DNA of 64,000 nt from NCBI GenBank assembly GCA_051000635.1, contig JBPCOC010000048.1:4558-68557 (forward strand), read 5' to 3'. Below, piece after piece: positions 28,672 through 38,972 of the stretch (position 1 is its first letter; each line of letters begins with the position of its first letter). The notes beneath the pieces were generated by a model. The model had not been told where the DNA came from and did not search any database. It saw nothing but the letters and a program-made list of their open reading frames with translations. This DNA comes from Sphingomicrobium sp. (lineage in GTDB: Bacteria; Pseudomonadota; Alphaproteobacteria; Sphingomonadales; Sphingomonadaceae). The translations under genes were made by a program, and so were the position numbers.

Positions 28672-29226
28672 ATGGCTGAAGAGGATTCCACCCGCGCCGG
28701 AAACGGCTCCGACGGCAACGGCAGCGAAGCGCAGGCCGCGACGCTCGCGCAGTATATCAAGGACCTGTCGGTCGAAAGCCCGAGCGCTCCGCAGGTGTTC
28801 CAATGGCAGGAAGAGACGTCGCTGGACGTCAACTTCAATCTCAACATCGAGCGTGTGTCCGATGACGTCAACGAGGTCATGCTCAAGATCGAGGTCAGGG
28901 CGCATTCGCAAAGCGGCGTCCAGTTCCTCGTCGACCTGAGCTTCGCCGGACTGTTCGGGCTTCGCAACTTCCCGGAAGAGGCCGTCGCTCCCTTCCTCTT
29001 GATCGAGGCACCGCGGCTTCTGTTCCCGTTCGCCCGCCAGATCGTCTGCGAGTCGGTCCAGAACATGGGCTTCCCGCCCCTGCTTCTCGAGCCGATCGAT
29101 TTCGCTTCCGCCTACATGGCGCAGGTCGAGGCAGCGCAGCAGCAGCAGCAGAAAAAGGGCGAAGGAGCCGCGATCGGCGATTCTGAGGCCGAAAAGCCGG
29201 CCGGGAAAGGCCCCGGCGAGGGCTGA
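28672..29226 (+). CDS. secB: Protein-export chaperone SecB
   Basis: QYIKDLSVESP and PRLLFPFARQI...PPLLLEPIDF. Confidence 0.94.
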   Translation: MAEEDSTRAGNGSDGNGSEAQAATLAQYIKDLSVESPSAPQVFQWQEETSLDVNFNLNIERVSDDVNEVMLKIEVRAHSQSGVQFLVDLSFAGLFGLRNFPEEAVAPFLLIEAPRLLFPFARQIVCESVQNMGFPPLLLEPIDFASAYMAQVEAAQQQQQKKGEGAAIGDSEAEKPAGKGPGEG

Positions 29227-29255
29227 CCGGCCGCGCCCGAAACGGATAGGCGCGC

Positions 29256-30812
29256 ATGAACCTTGTCAGGGCGGGAGGAACGATCGGCGGACTGACTCTG
29301 GTCAGCCGAATCCTCGGCTTCGTCCGCGAGATGGTGTTCGCCCGGGTGATGGGCGCCGGAATGGCCGCCGACGCCTTCGCTTTGGCCTTCTTGATCCCCA
29401 ATTTGTTCCGGCGGCTGTTCGGCGAAGGAGCCTTCAGCCAGGGCTTCGTGCCGCTGTTCGCGCGCCGGCTCGACGGACCCGGCGGGATGGAGGAAGCCAA
29501 GCGCTTCGCCGAAGAGGTCCAGGCGGTGTTCCTGCCGATCCTGATCGGCATCACAATCATCTTCATGATCGCCATGCCCGCCTTCGTCGGTCTCATCGCT
29601 TCGGGCTGGAGCGACGATCCCGAGAAGTTCGGCCTCGCCATCGACCTCACCCGGATCACCTTTCCTTATCTGATCTTCATCAGCCTCGTCTCGCTCTTCT
29701 CGGGCGTTCTCAATTCGCTGACCCGCTTCACCGCGGCGGCATTCGCGCCCGCGTTGCTCAACGTCGCGCTCATCGGTGCCTTGCTTCTTGTTCCCAGCGG
29801 CGGTCCGGCGACCGCCACGGCGATGGCCTGGTCGGTGATTGCCGGCGGGATTCTCCAGCTCGCGCTCCTCATCGTCGCGACAAGGCGCGCCGGACTGACG
29901 CTCAAGCTGCTGCCGCCCAGGATGACACCGCGCGTCAAGGAGCTTTTCGTCCTCATCCTTCCAGCGACGCTCGGCGCCGGCGGCTATTATATCAGCCAGC
30001 TGTTTTACGCCTATTTCGCCACCGGCCTGCAGCAGGGCAGCCTCGTCTATCTCAGCCAGGCCGATCGGCTGAACCAGCTCCCGCTCGCACTCATCGGCTC
30101 GGCGCTCGGGACAGCGATCCTGCCGGCCATCAGCCGCCACATCGGCGCCGGGGAAGAACGCCAGGCCGCCAATATCCAGGGCCGCGCGACCGAATTGGCG
30201 ATGCTCCTGACGATTCCCGCCGCGGTCGCGCTGTCGGTCGCGGCCGAGCCGATCATGACCGTCCTGTTCCAGGGTGGTCGGTTCACCGAGGCGGACGCGG
30301 CGGTCTCGGCACTGGTCCTGTCGATCCTCGTCGCCGGGCTTCCCGCTTATGTGATGATCAAGGTTCTGGCGCCCGGCTTCTTCGGCCGGAAGGACATGTG
30401 GACTCCGTTCTGGATCACCGTCGCGTCACTGGCAGTCGGAGTCGGGGCCAATTTCATCCTGGTCCCGATCATGGGGATCGCAGCGCTTGCAGCGACCACC
30501 GCCGGGGCGGCATGGATCAATGCCATCGGCCTCTATGTCATCCTTGTAGCCCGCGGCCATTTCCGCTTCGAGGGATGGCTGATCGCCCGTCTTCTCAAAC
30601 AGCTTCTCGCCGCCGGCGTGATGGCCGGGGCCATCTTGCTCGTCCAGTCGGCCTTTGCGGGTTTCTTCTCCGGCTCCGCCGGCGAACGAATGGTCGCGAC
30701 GGCCGCGCTGGTCGGCACGGGCGCGATTGCCTATTTCGTAATCGCCTGGTTCACCGGGGCAATGGACAAGGAAGACCTGCTGATCCTCCTTCGCCGCAAG
30801 AAAGTGAAGTGA
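29256..30812 (+). CDS. murJ: Lipid II flippase MurJ
   Basis: SRILGFVRE, ADAFALAFLIPNLFRRLFGEGAFS and RLNQLP. Confidence 0.95.
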   Translation: MNLVRAGGTIGGLTLVSRILGFVREMVFARVMGAGMAADAFALAFLIPNLFRRLFGEGAFSQGFVPLFARRLDGPGGMEEAKRFAEEVQAVFLPILIGITIIFMIAMPAFVGLIASGWSDDPEKFGLAIDLTRITFPYLIFISLVSLFSGVLNSLTRFTAAAFAPALLNVALIGALLLVPSGGPATATAMAWSVIAGGILQLALLIVATRRAGLTLKLLPPRMTPRVKELFVLILPATLGAGGYYISQLFYAYFATGLQQGSLVYLSQADRLNQLPLALIGSALGTAILPAISRHIGAGEERQAANIQGRATELAMLLTIPAAVALSVAAEPIMTVLFQGGRFTEADAAVSALVLSILVAGLPAYVMIKVLAPGFFGRKDMWTPFWITVASLAVGVGANFILVPIMGIAALAATTAGAAWINAIGLYVILVARGHFRFEGWLIARLLKQLLAAGVMAGAILLVQSAFAGFFSGSAGERMVATAALVGTGAIAYFVIAWFTGAMDKEDLLILLRRKKVK

Positions 30813-31834
30813 TGAGCAAGAGCAAGATGCGAGTCGTTTCCGGAATCCAGCCGACAGGCGACCTGCACCTGGGCAATCTGCTGGGCGCGATCCTTCGGTG
30901 GGTCCGGATGCAGGAGGAGGTGGAAGGAAGTGATTCCCTTCTGTTCTTCCTTGCCGACCTTCACGCGCTCACCATCGCCGTCGATCCGGTCGGGCTACGA
31001 TCGAATGTGCGCGAGATGGCGGCCGCGCTGATCGCCAGCGGAATCGATCCGTCGAAGTCGGTACTCTTCGCGCAAAGCGCTGTCCGGGCCCATTCGGAGC
31101 TCGCCTGGCTTCTGCAATGCACCGCCCGGGTCGGCTGGTTGAGCAGGATGACCCAGTTCAAGGAGAAATCGGGCAAGAACCGCGAAGGCGCGTCGGTCGG
31201 CCTCTATACCTATCCGGTGCTCCAGGCCGCCGACATCCTTCTGTACCAGGCGACTCACGTGCCCGTAGGCGAGGACCAGAAGCAGCATATCGAGCTCACT
31301 CGCGACATCGCGTTCAAGTTCAACACCGATTTCGACGTCGACCTGTTCGTCCCGCCCGAACCGTTCATCGGCGGCGGCTCGGCAGCGCGAGTGATGAGCC
31401 TTCGCGACGGCACGGCGAAGATGTCCAAGTCCGACCCGTCGGACATGAGCCGGATCAATCTCACCGACAGCGACGCCGCAATCGCGCAGAAGATTCGCAA
31501 GGCGAAGACCGATCCCGATCCGCTTCCCGACAATTCCATCGCGCTTGCCGGGCGGCCCGAGGCGAAGAATTTGCTCGGCATCTACGCCGAGGTTACGGGC
31601 GAGAGCGTCGACCAGGTCCTCGGCCGCCTGGCCGGCGAGGGCTTTGGCCAGCTCAAACCGGCGCTCGCCGATGCGCTGATCGCCCTCATCGCTCCGATCC
31701 GGGAACGGCTTGTCGAGCTTCGCCGCGATCCGGCCGAGCTCGACCGGATTCTCGCTGACGGCGCGGAGCGTGCGTCCGACCTTGGCGCGCCTGTCCTAGC
31801 GAAGGCCAAATCGGCAGTCGGTTTAACGGCTTAG
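30812..31834 (+). CDS. trpS: Tryptophan--tRNA ligase
   Basis: SGIQPTGDLHLGN, YPVLQAADIL, VPVGEDQKQH and KMSKS. Confidence 0.96.
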   Translation: MSKSKMRVVSGIQPTGDLHLGNLLGAILRWVRMQEEVEGSDSLLFFLADLHALTIAVDPVGLRSNVREMAAALIASGIDPSKSVLFAQSAVRAHSELAWLLQCTARVGWLSRMTQFKEKSGKNREGASVGLYTYPVLQAADILLYQATHVPVGEDQKQHIELTRDIAFKFNTDFDVDLFVPPEPFIGGGSAARVMSLRDGTAKMSKSDPSDMSRINLTDSDAAIAQKIRKAKTDPDPLPDNSIALAGRPEAKNLLGIYAEVTGESVDQVLGRLAGEGFGQLKPALADALIALIAPIRERLVELRRDPAELDRILADGAERASDLGAPVLAKAKSAVGLTA

Positions 31835-31851
31835 CGCGACACTGGAGAAGC

Positions 31852-33249
31852 TCAGCCCTCGAGCTGCCGGGTAAGCAGACGGATGTCCGCGTCGAGCTCC
31901 GAATCGCAGGCTCGAAGCTTCTCGATTTGCCGAACGGCGTGGATGACGGTGGTGTGATCGCGACCGCCGAAGCGACGGCCGATATCCGGCAGAGACTTGG
32001 GCGTGAGCTGCTTCGAAAGGTACATCGCAACCTGGCGCGGCCGTGCCACTTCGCGAGCTCGCCGGGCGGACGTCATCTCCGCCTTGCGGATCCGGTAATG
32101 CTCGGCGACCTGGGTCTGAATCTCGTCGATCGAAATTCGCCGCTGGTTCGCCCGAAGGACGTTTGCAAGCACCTCTTCGACGAAGGCGACGTCGATCTCG
32201 CGGCCGGTCATCATCGCGTAGGCCGCGATCCGGTTAAGAGCGCCTTCCAGCTCGCGAACGCTCGAAGTCACCCTGCGCGCGAGGAACTCGACGACCGTTC
32301 GCGGCATCTCGACGGCGGGGAGAAGCGTAAGCTTGGCGATGATGATGTTGTAGCGGAGCTCGAAATCGGCGGAATTGATGTCCGCGACGAGTCCCCACGA
32401 CAGCCGCGACAATATTCTCGGAGCGATCCCGTCGAGGTCGTGCGGAGCGCGGTCCGAAGTGATTACCAGCCGCTTACCAGCACCGATGATCTCGTTCATC
32501 GTGTGAAAGAATTCTTCCTGAGTTGAATCCTTGCCGGCGATGAACTGGACGTCGTCGATGAGCAGCAGATCGGCGCCCCGCAAGCGGCTCTTGAAGCCGA
32601 TCGTGTCGTTCTCCTTGAGGGCGCGAATGAACTCGACCATGAACTTTTCGGCCGACATCGAGACGATCCGGTGGCCTGGATAGCGCTCGCCGAAGGCGTG
32701 CCCGATTGCATGCAGGAGGTGGGTTTTGCCGCGCCCCGTTCCACCGTGGACGAAAAGCGGGTTGAAGCTGACCTGCTCGGCCGTTGCGAGCGTTCGAGCG
32801 GCGGTCGCCGCGACTTCATTCGCCTTGCCGACGACGAAGCTCTCGAAGCGATACCGCGGGTCGAAATTGGGAGCGGCCGGATCACGCTCAACCGAACCTG
32901 GCGTCGGGATATCCTCGAGGATCAGCAGCGGCGCCGGCCGCGGCGCGCCGGCGGCGGCGACGATCTTGACGTCGCGGACGATCGGCAGGGTCGTCTTCCA
33001 CGCGAGCGCCAGCCGTTCACCGAAATGCGAGCGCACCCAGTCGGCCATGAACTGGCTCGGCATCACCACTTCGAGGGTTCCGGTGTCCGGGTCGAGGGCC
33101 CCGAGCCCGGCCGGCTTCAGCCAGCCGTCGAAAGTGCGGGCTCCAAGATCGCGCCGGAGGCCGGTTCGGATGGACTCCCAAGCTGCTTCAAGCGGTGCTG
33201 CGACCGTGGTGTCGTCGAGCTGGGATGAGTCCGTCCGTACGCCCTGCAC
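31852..33249 (-). CDS. dnaA: Chromosomal replication initiator DnaA
   Basis: [38 protein letters not shown] and GGRDHTTV. Confidence 0.97.
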   Translation of the reverse strand: MQGVRTDSSQLDDTTVAAPLEAAWESIRTGLRRDLGARTFDGWLKPAGLGALDPDTGTLEVVMPSQFMADWVRSHFGERLALAWKTTLPIVRDVKIVAAAGAPRPAPLLILEDIPTPGSVERDPAAPNFDPRYRFESFVVGKANEVAATAARTLATAEQVSFNPLFVHGGTGRGKTHLLHAIGHAFGERYPGHRIVSMSAEKFMVEFIRALKENDTIGFKSRLRGADLLLIDDVQFIAGKDSTQEEFFHTMNEIIGAGKRLVITSDRAPHDLDGIAPRILSRLSWGLVADINSADFELRYNIIIAKLTLLPAVEMPRTVVEFLARRVTSSVRELEGALNRIAAYAMMTGREIDVAFVEEVLANVLRANQRRISIDEIQTQVAEHYRIRKAEMTSARRAREVARPRQVAMYLSKQLTPKSLPDIGRRFGGRDHTTVIHAVRQIEKLRACDSELDADIRLLTRQLEG

Positions 33250-33313
33250 TGGCCCGCGCCTCCCTCAGCTAGCCCCTGGCTCCAAGACAAAAGGAACCCG
33301 ATGCCCGCGATCC

Positions 33314-33527
33314 GAGTCGCGCGCTCGACGGTCTCTTTCTCTCTTGCCCCCGGCGCGGATTCGCGCCTCGGAATGCTGTTTTTGCGAGTCTCGGCGGCAG
33401 CTTTCAAGCCTGATTTTTCACGAAAGTGAAATAAATCGGGTTGACACTCAAAATTGCCGGAAACCCGCCGGAACGGCAGAATTCTGCCAATCTTGGCAAA
33501 ATTAACTTTTCGGTAATCCCGCGAATC
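33314..33527 (-). promoter_or_regulatory. dnaA upstream control region with four GANTC sites and a CtrA-like site
   Basis: GANTC at 33314, 33358, 33386 and 33523; TTAA-N7-GTAA at 33502-33516; AT-richer than the flanks. Confidence 0.45.
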
Positions 33528-33620
33528 GCGGGATTTCCTACCTTTTTTACAAGTAGCGAAATAAAACGGGCCGCCGGAGGATCCGACGGCCCATTTGGAA
33601 CCCGATTTTGCGAGCTGTTG

Positions 33621-33884
33621 TCAGCCCAGCGCGGCAACCCTTTTGGACAACCGCGACAATTTCCTCGAAGCCGTGTTCTTGTGAAGCACGCCGTGCGAAA
33701 CTCCCTTGGCGAGCTCCGGCTGTACCTTTTTGAGAGCCTCGGCCGCTTCGTCCTTTTTGCCGGCGGCGAGCGCCGACTCGACCTGCTTCACGAACGACCG
33801 GATCCGGCTGATTCGCGCATTGTTGATGATCGCGCGATTGGCATTGCGGCGGATTCGCTTCTTCGCTTGCGGCGTGTTCGCCAT
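33621..33884 (-). CDS. rpsT: 30S ribosomal protein S20
   Basis: [13 protein letters not shown]...[13 protein letters not shown]. Confidence 0.97.
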   Translation of the reverse strand: MANTPQAKKRIRRNANRAIINNARISRIRSFVKQVESALAAGKKDEAAEALKKVQPELAKGVSHGVLHKNTASRKLSRLSKRVAALG

Positions 33885-33990
33885 TTAATACGTCCCTTGG
33901 TCCATGAAAAAGCGGCGCCGGAGGCCGAGCCCCCGCGCCGATACGGCCGCTCCACTACAGCGCAGCCCGATTCGGGTCAATGCTGGCACG

Positions 33991-34797
33991 CTAGCGTTGG
34001 CATAGTGGACAATAGAAAGTCGAACGCCCGCCCTGGACGATTCGCCGTACCGGAGCGCCGCATCCGCAGGCCAATCCCTCGCGATCGTAAACCCGAAACT
34101 GGGCCGCGAAGTAGCCAAGCTCGCCGTCGGGCCTGGCATAGTCGCGAAGGGTCGATCCGCCGGTCTCGATCGCCTCGGCGATAACGACTCGAATCGCGCT
34201 CACGAGCCCCTCGATCCGGGGGCGGGACAATCGCCCGGCGGCGCGGCGCGGATGAATCCGGGCGCGGTGAAGCGCCTCGCAGACGTAGATATTGCCGAGG
34301 CCGGCGATAATCCTCTGGTCGAGCAGAAGCGATTTGATCGGCGCTTTGCGTCCGGCAAGCTGGTGGTAGAGCCGCTCCGAATCGAGACTCGTCGGCTCCG
34401 CTCCAAGCTCGGCGATGGCTCGCCACAAATCGAGCGAATCGGTTGCGACGAGGTCGACCGACCCGAATCGGCGTGGGTCGTTGAGCGCAAGCCGGCGCCC
34501 CTCGCCGGTTTCGATCAGCAGATGATCGTGCAGGTGAATCTCCTCCGGATCGACCCGCCATTTGCCCGACATGCCCAGGTGGAACACCAAAGTATCGCCG
34601 CGGTCGGTATGGATCAGCCCGAACTTGCCGCGGCGGCCAAGCCCGCTCACGACGGCGCCGGTCAGCCTCTGGCGAAGGTCTGGCGGAAAGGCTCGGCGAA
34701 GATCCGCCCGGCGGGGCTCGACCCGGGCGATTCGCCGTCCCAGCAGCACCTTTTCCAGGCCGCGAACGGTGGTTTCGACTTCGGGAAGCTCGGGCAC
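33991..34797 (-). CDS. mutM: Formamidopyrimidine-DNA glycosylase
   Basis: Start set at GTG 34797 so that the catalytic Pro is residue 2 (PELPEVET); RRGK, HLGMSG, GLGNIY and a C-terminal zinc finger. Confidence 0.95.
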   Translation of the reverse strand: MPELPEVETTVRGLEKVLLGRRIARVEPRRADLRRAFPPDLRQRLTGAVVSGLGRRGKFGLIHTDRGDTLVFHLGMSGKWRVDPEEIHLHDHLLIETGEGRRLALNDPRRFGSVDLVATDSLDLWRAIAELGAEPTSLDSERLYHQLAGRKAPIKSLLLDQRIIAGLGNIYVCEALHRARIHPRRAAGRLSRPRIEGLVSAIRVVIAEAIETGGSTLRDYARPDGELGYFAAQFRVYDREGLACGCGAPVRRIVQGGRSTFYCPLCQR

Positions 34798-34844
34798 CTG
34801 GGCCATATGGCGAACCTTGCCGCACCCAGCTAGAGGCGGGCACG

Positions 34845-35573
34845 ATGACGGATCGGGTCAATTTCGGAGACGAGCTGGTCAGCACGGACGAGAAGCGCCG
34901 GCGTGTCGGACGGGTCTTCAGCTCGGTGGCTCGGCGCTACGACGTGATGAACGACCTGATGTCGGGCGGGCTTCACCGGCGCTGGAAGGACCGTTTCGTT
35001 GCAAGGGTGAAGCCGCAGCCAGGCGAGCAAATCCTCGACCTGGCGGGGGGCACCGGCGACGTCGCCTTCCGAATGGCCCGGCGCAGCGCCCATGTTACGG
35101 TCGCCGACATCAACCCCGACATGCTCGCCGTGGGGATGGAGCGGGCCGAGACTCGCGGCCTCGATCTGGTGTGGAAGCAGGAGAATGCCGAAGGGCTTAC
35201 GTTCGACGATTCCAGCTTCGACGCCTGCACGATCGCGTTCGGAATCCGCAATGTCACCGACATCGGGCAGGCACTGGCCGAAGCCCATCGCGTGCTCAAC
35301 CACGGCGGCCGCTTCTTCTGCCTCGAGTTCTCGACAAGCGAATGGCCGGTCTTCGCCGACGTCTATGAGCTCTACGCGAGCAGGGTGATCCCGCGGATCG
35401 GGCGGGCGGTCGCGCGCGACGAGGACAGCTATCGATACCTTGTCGAATCGATCCGGCGGTTCCCGAGGCCCGAGCCGTTCCGGCGGATGATTGCCGGCGC
35501 CGGCTTTTGCCAGACGAAGGTCGAGCCGATCCTCGGCGGCCTTGTGTGCATCCACAGCGGCTGGAAGATTTGA
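34845..35573 (+). CDS. ubiE: Ubiquinone/menaquinone C-methyltransferase
   Basis: VFSSVARRYDVMNDLMSGGLHR, LDLAGGTGD and FGIRNVT. Confidence 0.94.
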   Translation: MTDRVNFGDELVSTDEKRRRVGRVFSSVARRYDVMNDLMSGGLHRRWKDRFVARVKPQPGEQILDLAGGTGDVAFRMARRSAHVTVADINPDMLAVGMERAETRGLDLVWKQENAEGLTFDDSSFDACTIAFGIRNVTDIGQALAEAHRVLNHGGRFFCLEFSTSEWPVFADVYELYASRVIPRIGRAVARDEDSYRYLVESIRRFPRPEPFRRMIAGAGFCQTKVEPILGGLVCIHSGWKI

Positions 35574-37102
35574 CAACCTCGGCGACCCACCTGTGGCGGC
35601 TGATGAAGTGGGGCCGGACGCTTGCCCGCCACGGCGCGCTGTCCGGTGTCGAAAAGGACCCGCTGACTCCACGACAACTCCGCCGCGTCGCGCGAATCGC
35701 CCGCTTCGGAGCCCGGGTCCCCGACAAGCCCGACTATGCACTGGCCCTTCAGGATATCGGCCCGCCCGCGATCAAGCTCGGCCAGACCCTGTCGACCCGC
35801 CCCGATTTGGTCGGAGCCGAGGCAGCGGAGAATCTGTCGCGGCTTCAGGACAATCTCCCGCCGGCGCCGTTCCCGGCGATCAGGGCGGCAATCGAGGACG
35901 CTTTCGGCGCTCCGCTCGAGACAATCTATTCATCCTTCGATCCGGAACCGATCGGCTCGGCATCGATCGCTCAGGTTCACCGCGCAGTGACTGCTGGCGG
36001 CCGCGATGTCGCGGTGAAGGTGCTTCGCCCCGGTATCGAGGAGGAGTTCGCACGCGCCATCGACACCTACGAATGGGCGGCCGCTCAGGTCGAGACGATG
36101 GGGCCGGAGGCGGCACGGCTTCGGCCTCGGCTCGTGGTTGCGCATTTCAAGCAATGGACCACTCGCGAGCTCGACCTGCAGCGCGAGGCTGCGTCCGCGT
36201 CCGAGCTGCGCGAGAACATGGTCGCGGAGCCCGGCTATTTCGTGCCGGAAATCGACTGGCGCCGGACCGCCCGGCGAGTGCTCACTCTCGAATGGGTTTC
36301 CGGGATCAAGCTCAACGACCGCGACGCGCTCCTCGCCGAGGGCCACGATTGCAAGGCGCTCGCGGAGACCCTCGTCCGCGCCTTCCTTCGCCAGGCGATC
36401 GTCGACGGCTTCTTCCACGCCGACCTTCATCACGGCAATCTGTTCGCGATTCCCGACGGGCGGGTCGCGGCGATCGATTTCGGGATCATGGGCCGAATCG
36501 ACAGGCGCGCCCGGATCTGGCTCGCCGAAATCCTCTACGGCCTGATCACCGGCAATTACCGGCGGGTCGCCGAGATCCATTTCGAGGCGCAATATGTGCC
36601 GGCGCATCACAGCGTTCAGGAGTTCGCGACCGCTCTTCGCGCTGCCGGCGAGCCGATCCGCGGGCTTCCGGTCAAGGACATCTCGGTCGGGCGGATGCTC
36701 GAAAGCCTGTTCGCCATCACCCGTGATTTCGACATGCCGACGCAGCCGCATCTTTTGCTCCTTCAAAAGACGATGGTGATGAACGAAGGGGCGGCCACCA
36801 GGCTCGATCCCGACATCAACATGTGGGAGGCGGCCGAGCCCTTTCTTCGCGAGTGGATGCGCTCGGAGCTTGGGCCCGAGGCCTATTATGCAGACCGGAT
36901 CGTCGATGCGGTACGCGCGATCAAGAAAATCCCGGACCTCATCAACCGGCTCGACGAATATTACCCCCCGGCGGGCGGCGCGCCGCCACCGCCGCCGCTG
37001 CCGCCGGTAAAACTGATCGAAGGCGCCCGCTGGTGGGGCTATTTGGCCGCCGCGACGCTCGGACTGATCGCCGGCGCGGGGGCGATGCTGCTTTTCGCCT
37101 AG
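35570..37102 (+). CDS. ubiB: Ubiquinone biosynthesis kinase-like protein UbiB
   Basis: IKLGQTLSTRPD, SASIAQVH, VAVKVLRP, FFHADLH and IDFG; TTG overlaps the ubiE stop. Confidence 0.93.
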   Translation: MTTSATHLWRLMKWGRTLARHGALSGVEKDPLTPRQLRRVARIARFGARVPDKPDYALALQDIGPPAIKLGQTLSTRPDLVGAEAAENLSRLQDNLPPAPFPAIRAAIEDAFGAPLETIYSSFDPEPIGSASIAQVHRAVTAGGRDVAVKVLRPGIEEEFARAIDTYEWAAAQVETMGPEAARLRPRLVVAHFKQWTTRELDLQREAASASELRENMVAEPGYFVPEIDWRRTARRVLTLEWVSGIKLNDRDALLAEGHDCKALAETLVRAFLRQAIVDGFFHADLHHGNLFAIPDGRVAAIDFGIMGRIDRRARIWLAEILYGLITGNYRRVAEIHFEAQYVPAHHSVQEFATALRAAGEPIRGLPVKDISVGRMLESLFAITRDFDMPTQPHLLLLQKTMVMNEGAATRLDPDINMWEAAEPFLREWMRSELGPEAYYADRIVDAVRAIKKIPDLINRLDEYYPPAGGAPPPPPLPPVKLIEGARWWGYLAAATLGLIAGAGAMLLFA

Positions 37103-37285
37103 GTCCACCCTGCCCCGTGCCGACGCCGCGAGTCGCGGGACGCCCCGGCTTCCTTCAGGGTGACCAGAAACCCAATGAAAGCGCGAGCGGCAAGCAGCCG
37201 AGCAGCATCATCTGATCGCTTCCTCATGCCCTTGCGGAGGCCGCGATACTCGACTCGCGGCCTCTAGCGGGGCAATTGGCCTGTT

Positions 37286-37828
37286 ATGAAAGTCCTTCTT
37301 ATCGTCGGTGGCGGTATCGCCGCCTACAAGGCGCTCGAGCTGGTTCGGCTTCTGAAGAAAGCCGGGCATCAGGTAACACCGGTGCTGACCAAAGGCGGTG
37401 AGCATTTCGTCACTGCGATGAGCCTCGGCACGCTTTCGGAGAGCCCGGTCTACACGTCGCTGTGGGAGCTTAAGGACGAGGTCGAGATCGGCCATATCCA
37501 GCTGTCCCGTTCCGCCGATTTCCTGCTGGTCTGCCCGGCCACCGCCGATTTGCTTGCCAAGATGGCGGCGGGCCTGGCCGACGACCTTGCGACAACATTG
37601 CTCTTGGCGACCGACAAGCCGGTGGTCGTCGCGCCCGCGATGAACGTCCGCATGTGGAACCATCCCGCGACCAAGCGAAACATGGCGCAGCTCAAGGAGG
37701 ATGGAGTCCAAGTCATCGATCCTGCCGAAGGCGAAATGGCCTGCGGCGAGTTCGGCCCGGGGAGGCTACCGGAGCCCGAAGCCATCATGAATTGGCTGAG
37801 CACCAACGACTTGCTCGCAGCGAAGTGA
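37286..37828 (+). CDS. coaC: Phosphopantothenoylcysteine decarboxylase (N-terminal half of CoaBC)
   Basis: [31 protein letters not shown] and [10 protein letters not shown]; ends at TGA 37828. Confidence 0.88.
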   Translation: MKVLLIVGGGIAAYKALELVRLLKKAGHQVTPVLTKGGEHFVTAMSLGTLSESPVYTSLWELKDEVEIGHIQLSRSADFLLVCPATADLLAKMAAGLADDLATTLLLATDKPVVVAPAMNVRMWNHPATKRNMAQLKEDGVQVIDPAEGEMACGEFGPGRLPEPEAIMNWLSTNDLLAAK

Positions 37829-38460
37829 GCCTAGAGGGCAAGCACATTGTCGTCACCGCCGGCCCGACGCACGAGCCGATCGACCCGGTGCGGGTCATCG
37901 CCAACCGCTCTTCGGGCCGGCAGGGATTTGCGATCGCTCGAATTGCTGCCGAGGCAGGCGCCCGGGTGACGCTGATTGCCGGTCCCGTTTCGCTGGAGTC
38001 TCCGGAGGGAGTGGAGCGGGTCGACGTCGAAACGGCCCAGCAGATGTCCGATGCGGTCGCCGCAGCGCTCCCTGCCGACGTCGCAATTCTCGTCGCGGCA
38101 GTGGCCGACTGGCGGGTCGAGCCCTCTCCAACCAAGCTCAAGAAGGCGGACGGCCCTCCGGAGCTCAAGTTCCTGCCCAACCCCGACATCCTCGCCGATC
38201 TTGCCTCAAGAGCCGATCGGCCGCGGCTGCTCGTCGGCTTTGCCGCCGAAACCGAGAATGTGGCCGAAAACGCGGTGGCAAAGCGGCTTTCCAAGGGTGC
38301 AGACTGGATCATCGCCAACGACGTCTCCGGTGGCGTAATGGGCGGCCGCGACAACCGGGTTCACCTGATCACGTCAGCGGGCGTCGAGCATTGGCCGGAA
38401 ATGAGCAAAGAGGCGGTCGCCCGGCACCTGGTCGAGCGCATTTCGAAGGAACTTGGATGA
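37825..38460 (+). CDS. coaB: Phosphopantothenate--cysteine ligase (C-terminal half of CoaBC)
   Basis: [39 protein letters not shown] and ANDV; its GTG overlaps the upstream TGA. Confidence 0.88.
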   Translation: MSLEGKHIVVTAGPTHEPIDPVRVIANRSSGRQGFAIARIAAEAGARVTLIAGPVSLESPEGVERVDVETAQQMSDAVAAALPADVAILVAAVADWRVEPSPTKLKKADGPPELKFLPNPDILADLASRADRPRLLVGFAAETENVAENAVAKRLSKGADWIIANDVSGGVMGGRDNRVHLITSAGVEHWPEMSKEAVARHLVERISKELG

Positions 38461-38894
38461 TCGAGATCAAGCTGTTCCGGCTTCCTCACGGCGAAGGCCT
38501 GGCGCTCCCGAAATATGCCAGCGAGGATGCGGCCGGGCTCGACGTTTCGGCAGCCGAAGAGCTCACCTTGCAGCCCGGAGAGCGGCACGCGGTCGCCACC
38601 GGCTTCGCGATCGAGATCCCGCGCGGCTTCGAAGTGCAGGTGCGGCCGCGCTCCGGGCTTGCGATAAAGAACGGAATCACGTGCCTCAACACGCCCGGAA
38701 CCATCGACAGCGACTATCGCGGCGAGGTGAAAGTGATCCTGATCAACCTTGGGCAAGAGCCGTTCGAAGTCCGCCGCGGCGAGCGCATCGCCCAGCTCGT
38801 GCCCGCGCCGGTGCTGCGCGCGAACTTCGTCGAGGTCGGTGAACTCGCCGGGTCCGAGCGCGGCTCGGGCGGGTTTGGCTCGACCGGTCGGTGA
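38457..38894 (+). CDS. dut: dUTP diphosphatase
   Basis: [23 protein letters not shown] and [10 protein letters not shown]. Confidence 0.96.
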   Translation: MIEIKLFRLPHGEGLALPKYASEDAAGLDVSAAEELTLQPGERHAVATGFAIEIPRGFEVQVRPRSGLAIKNGITCLNTPGTIDSDYRGEVKVILINLGQEPFEVRRGERIAQLVPAPVLRANFVEVGELAGSERGSGGFGSTGR

Positions 38895-38904
38895 ATTTAA
38901 AACT

Positions 38905-38970
38905 TCGTTCGTATCGAGCGGAGCGAAGCGCAGTCGAGATACGTCCCTCGACTTCGCTCGGGACGAACGA
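38905..38970. repeat. REP-like palindromic repeat, copy C
   Basis: TCGTTCGTATCGAGCG...GTCGAGATACGTCCCTCGACTTCGCTCGGGACGAACGA; ends 2 nt before the next ATG. Confidence 0.85.
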
Positions 38971-38972
38971 AA

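Noticed and set aside
33250-33620. Replication origin next to dnaA
   Set aside because: No DnaA box with fewer than about 3 mismatches was found by eye, and alphaproteobacterial origins are often unlinked from dnaA.
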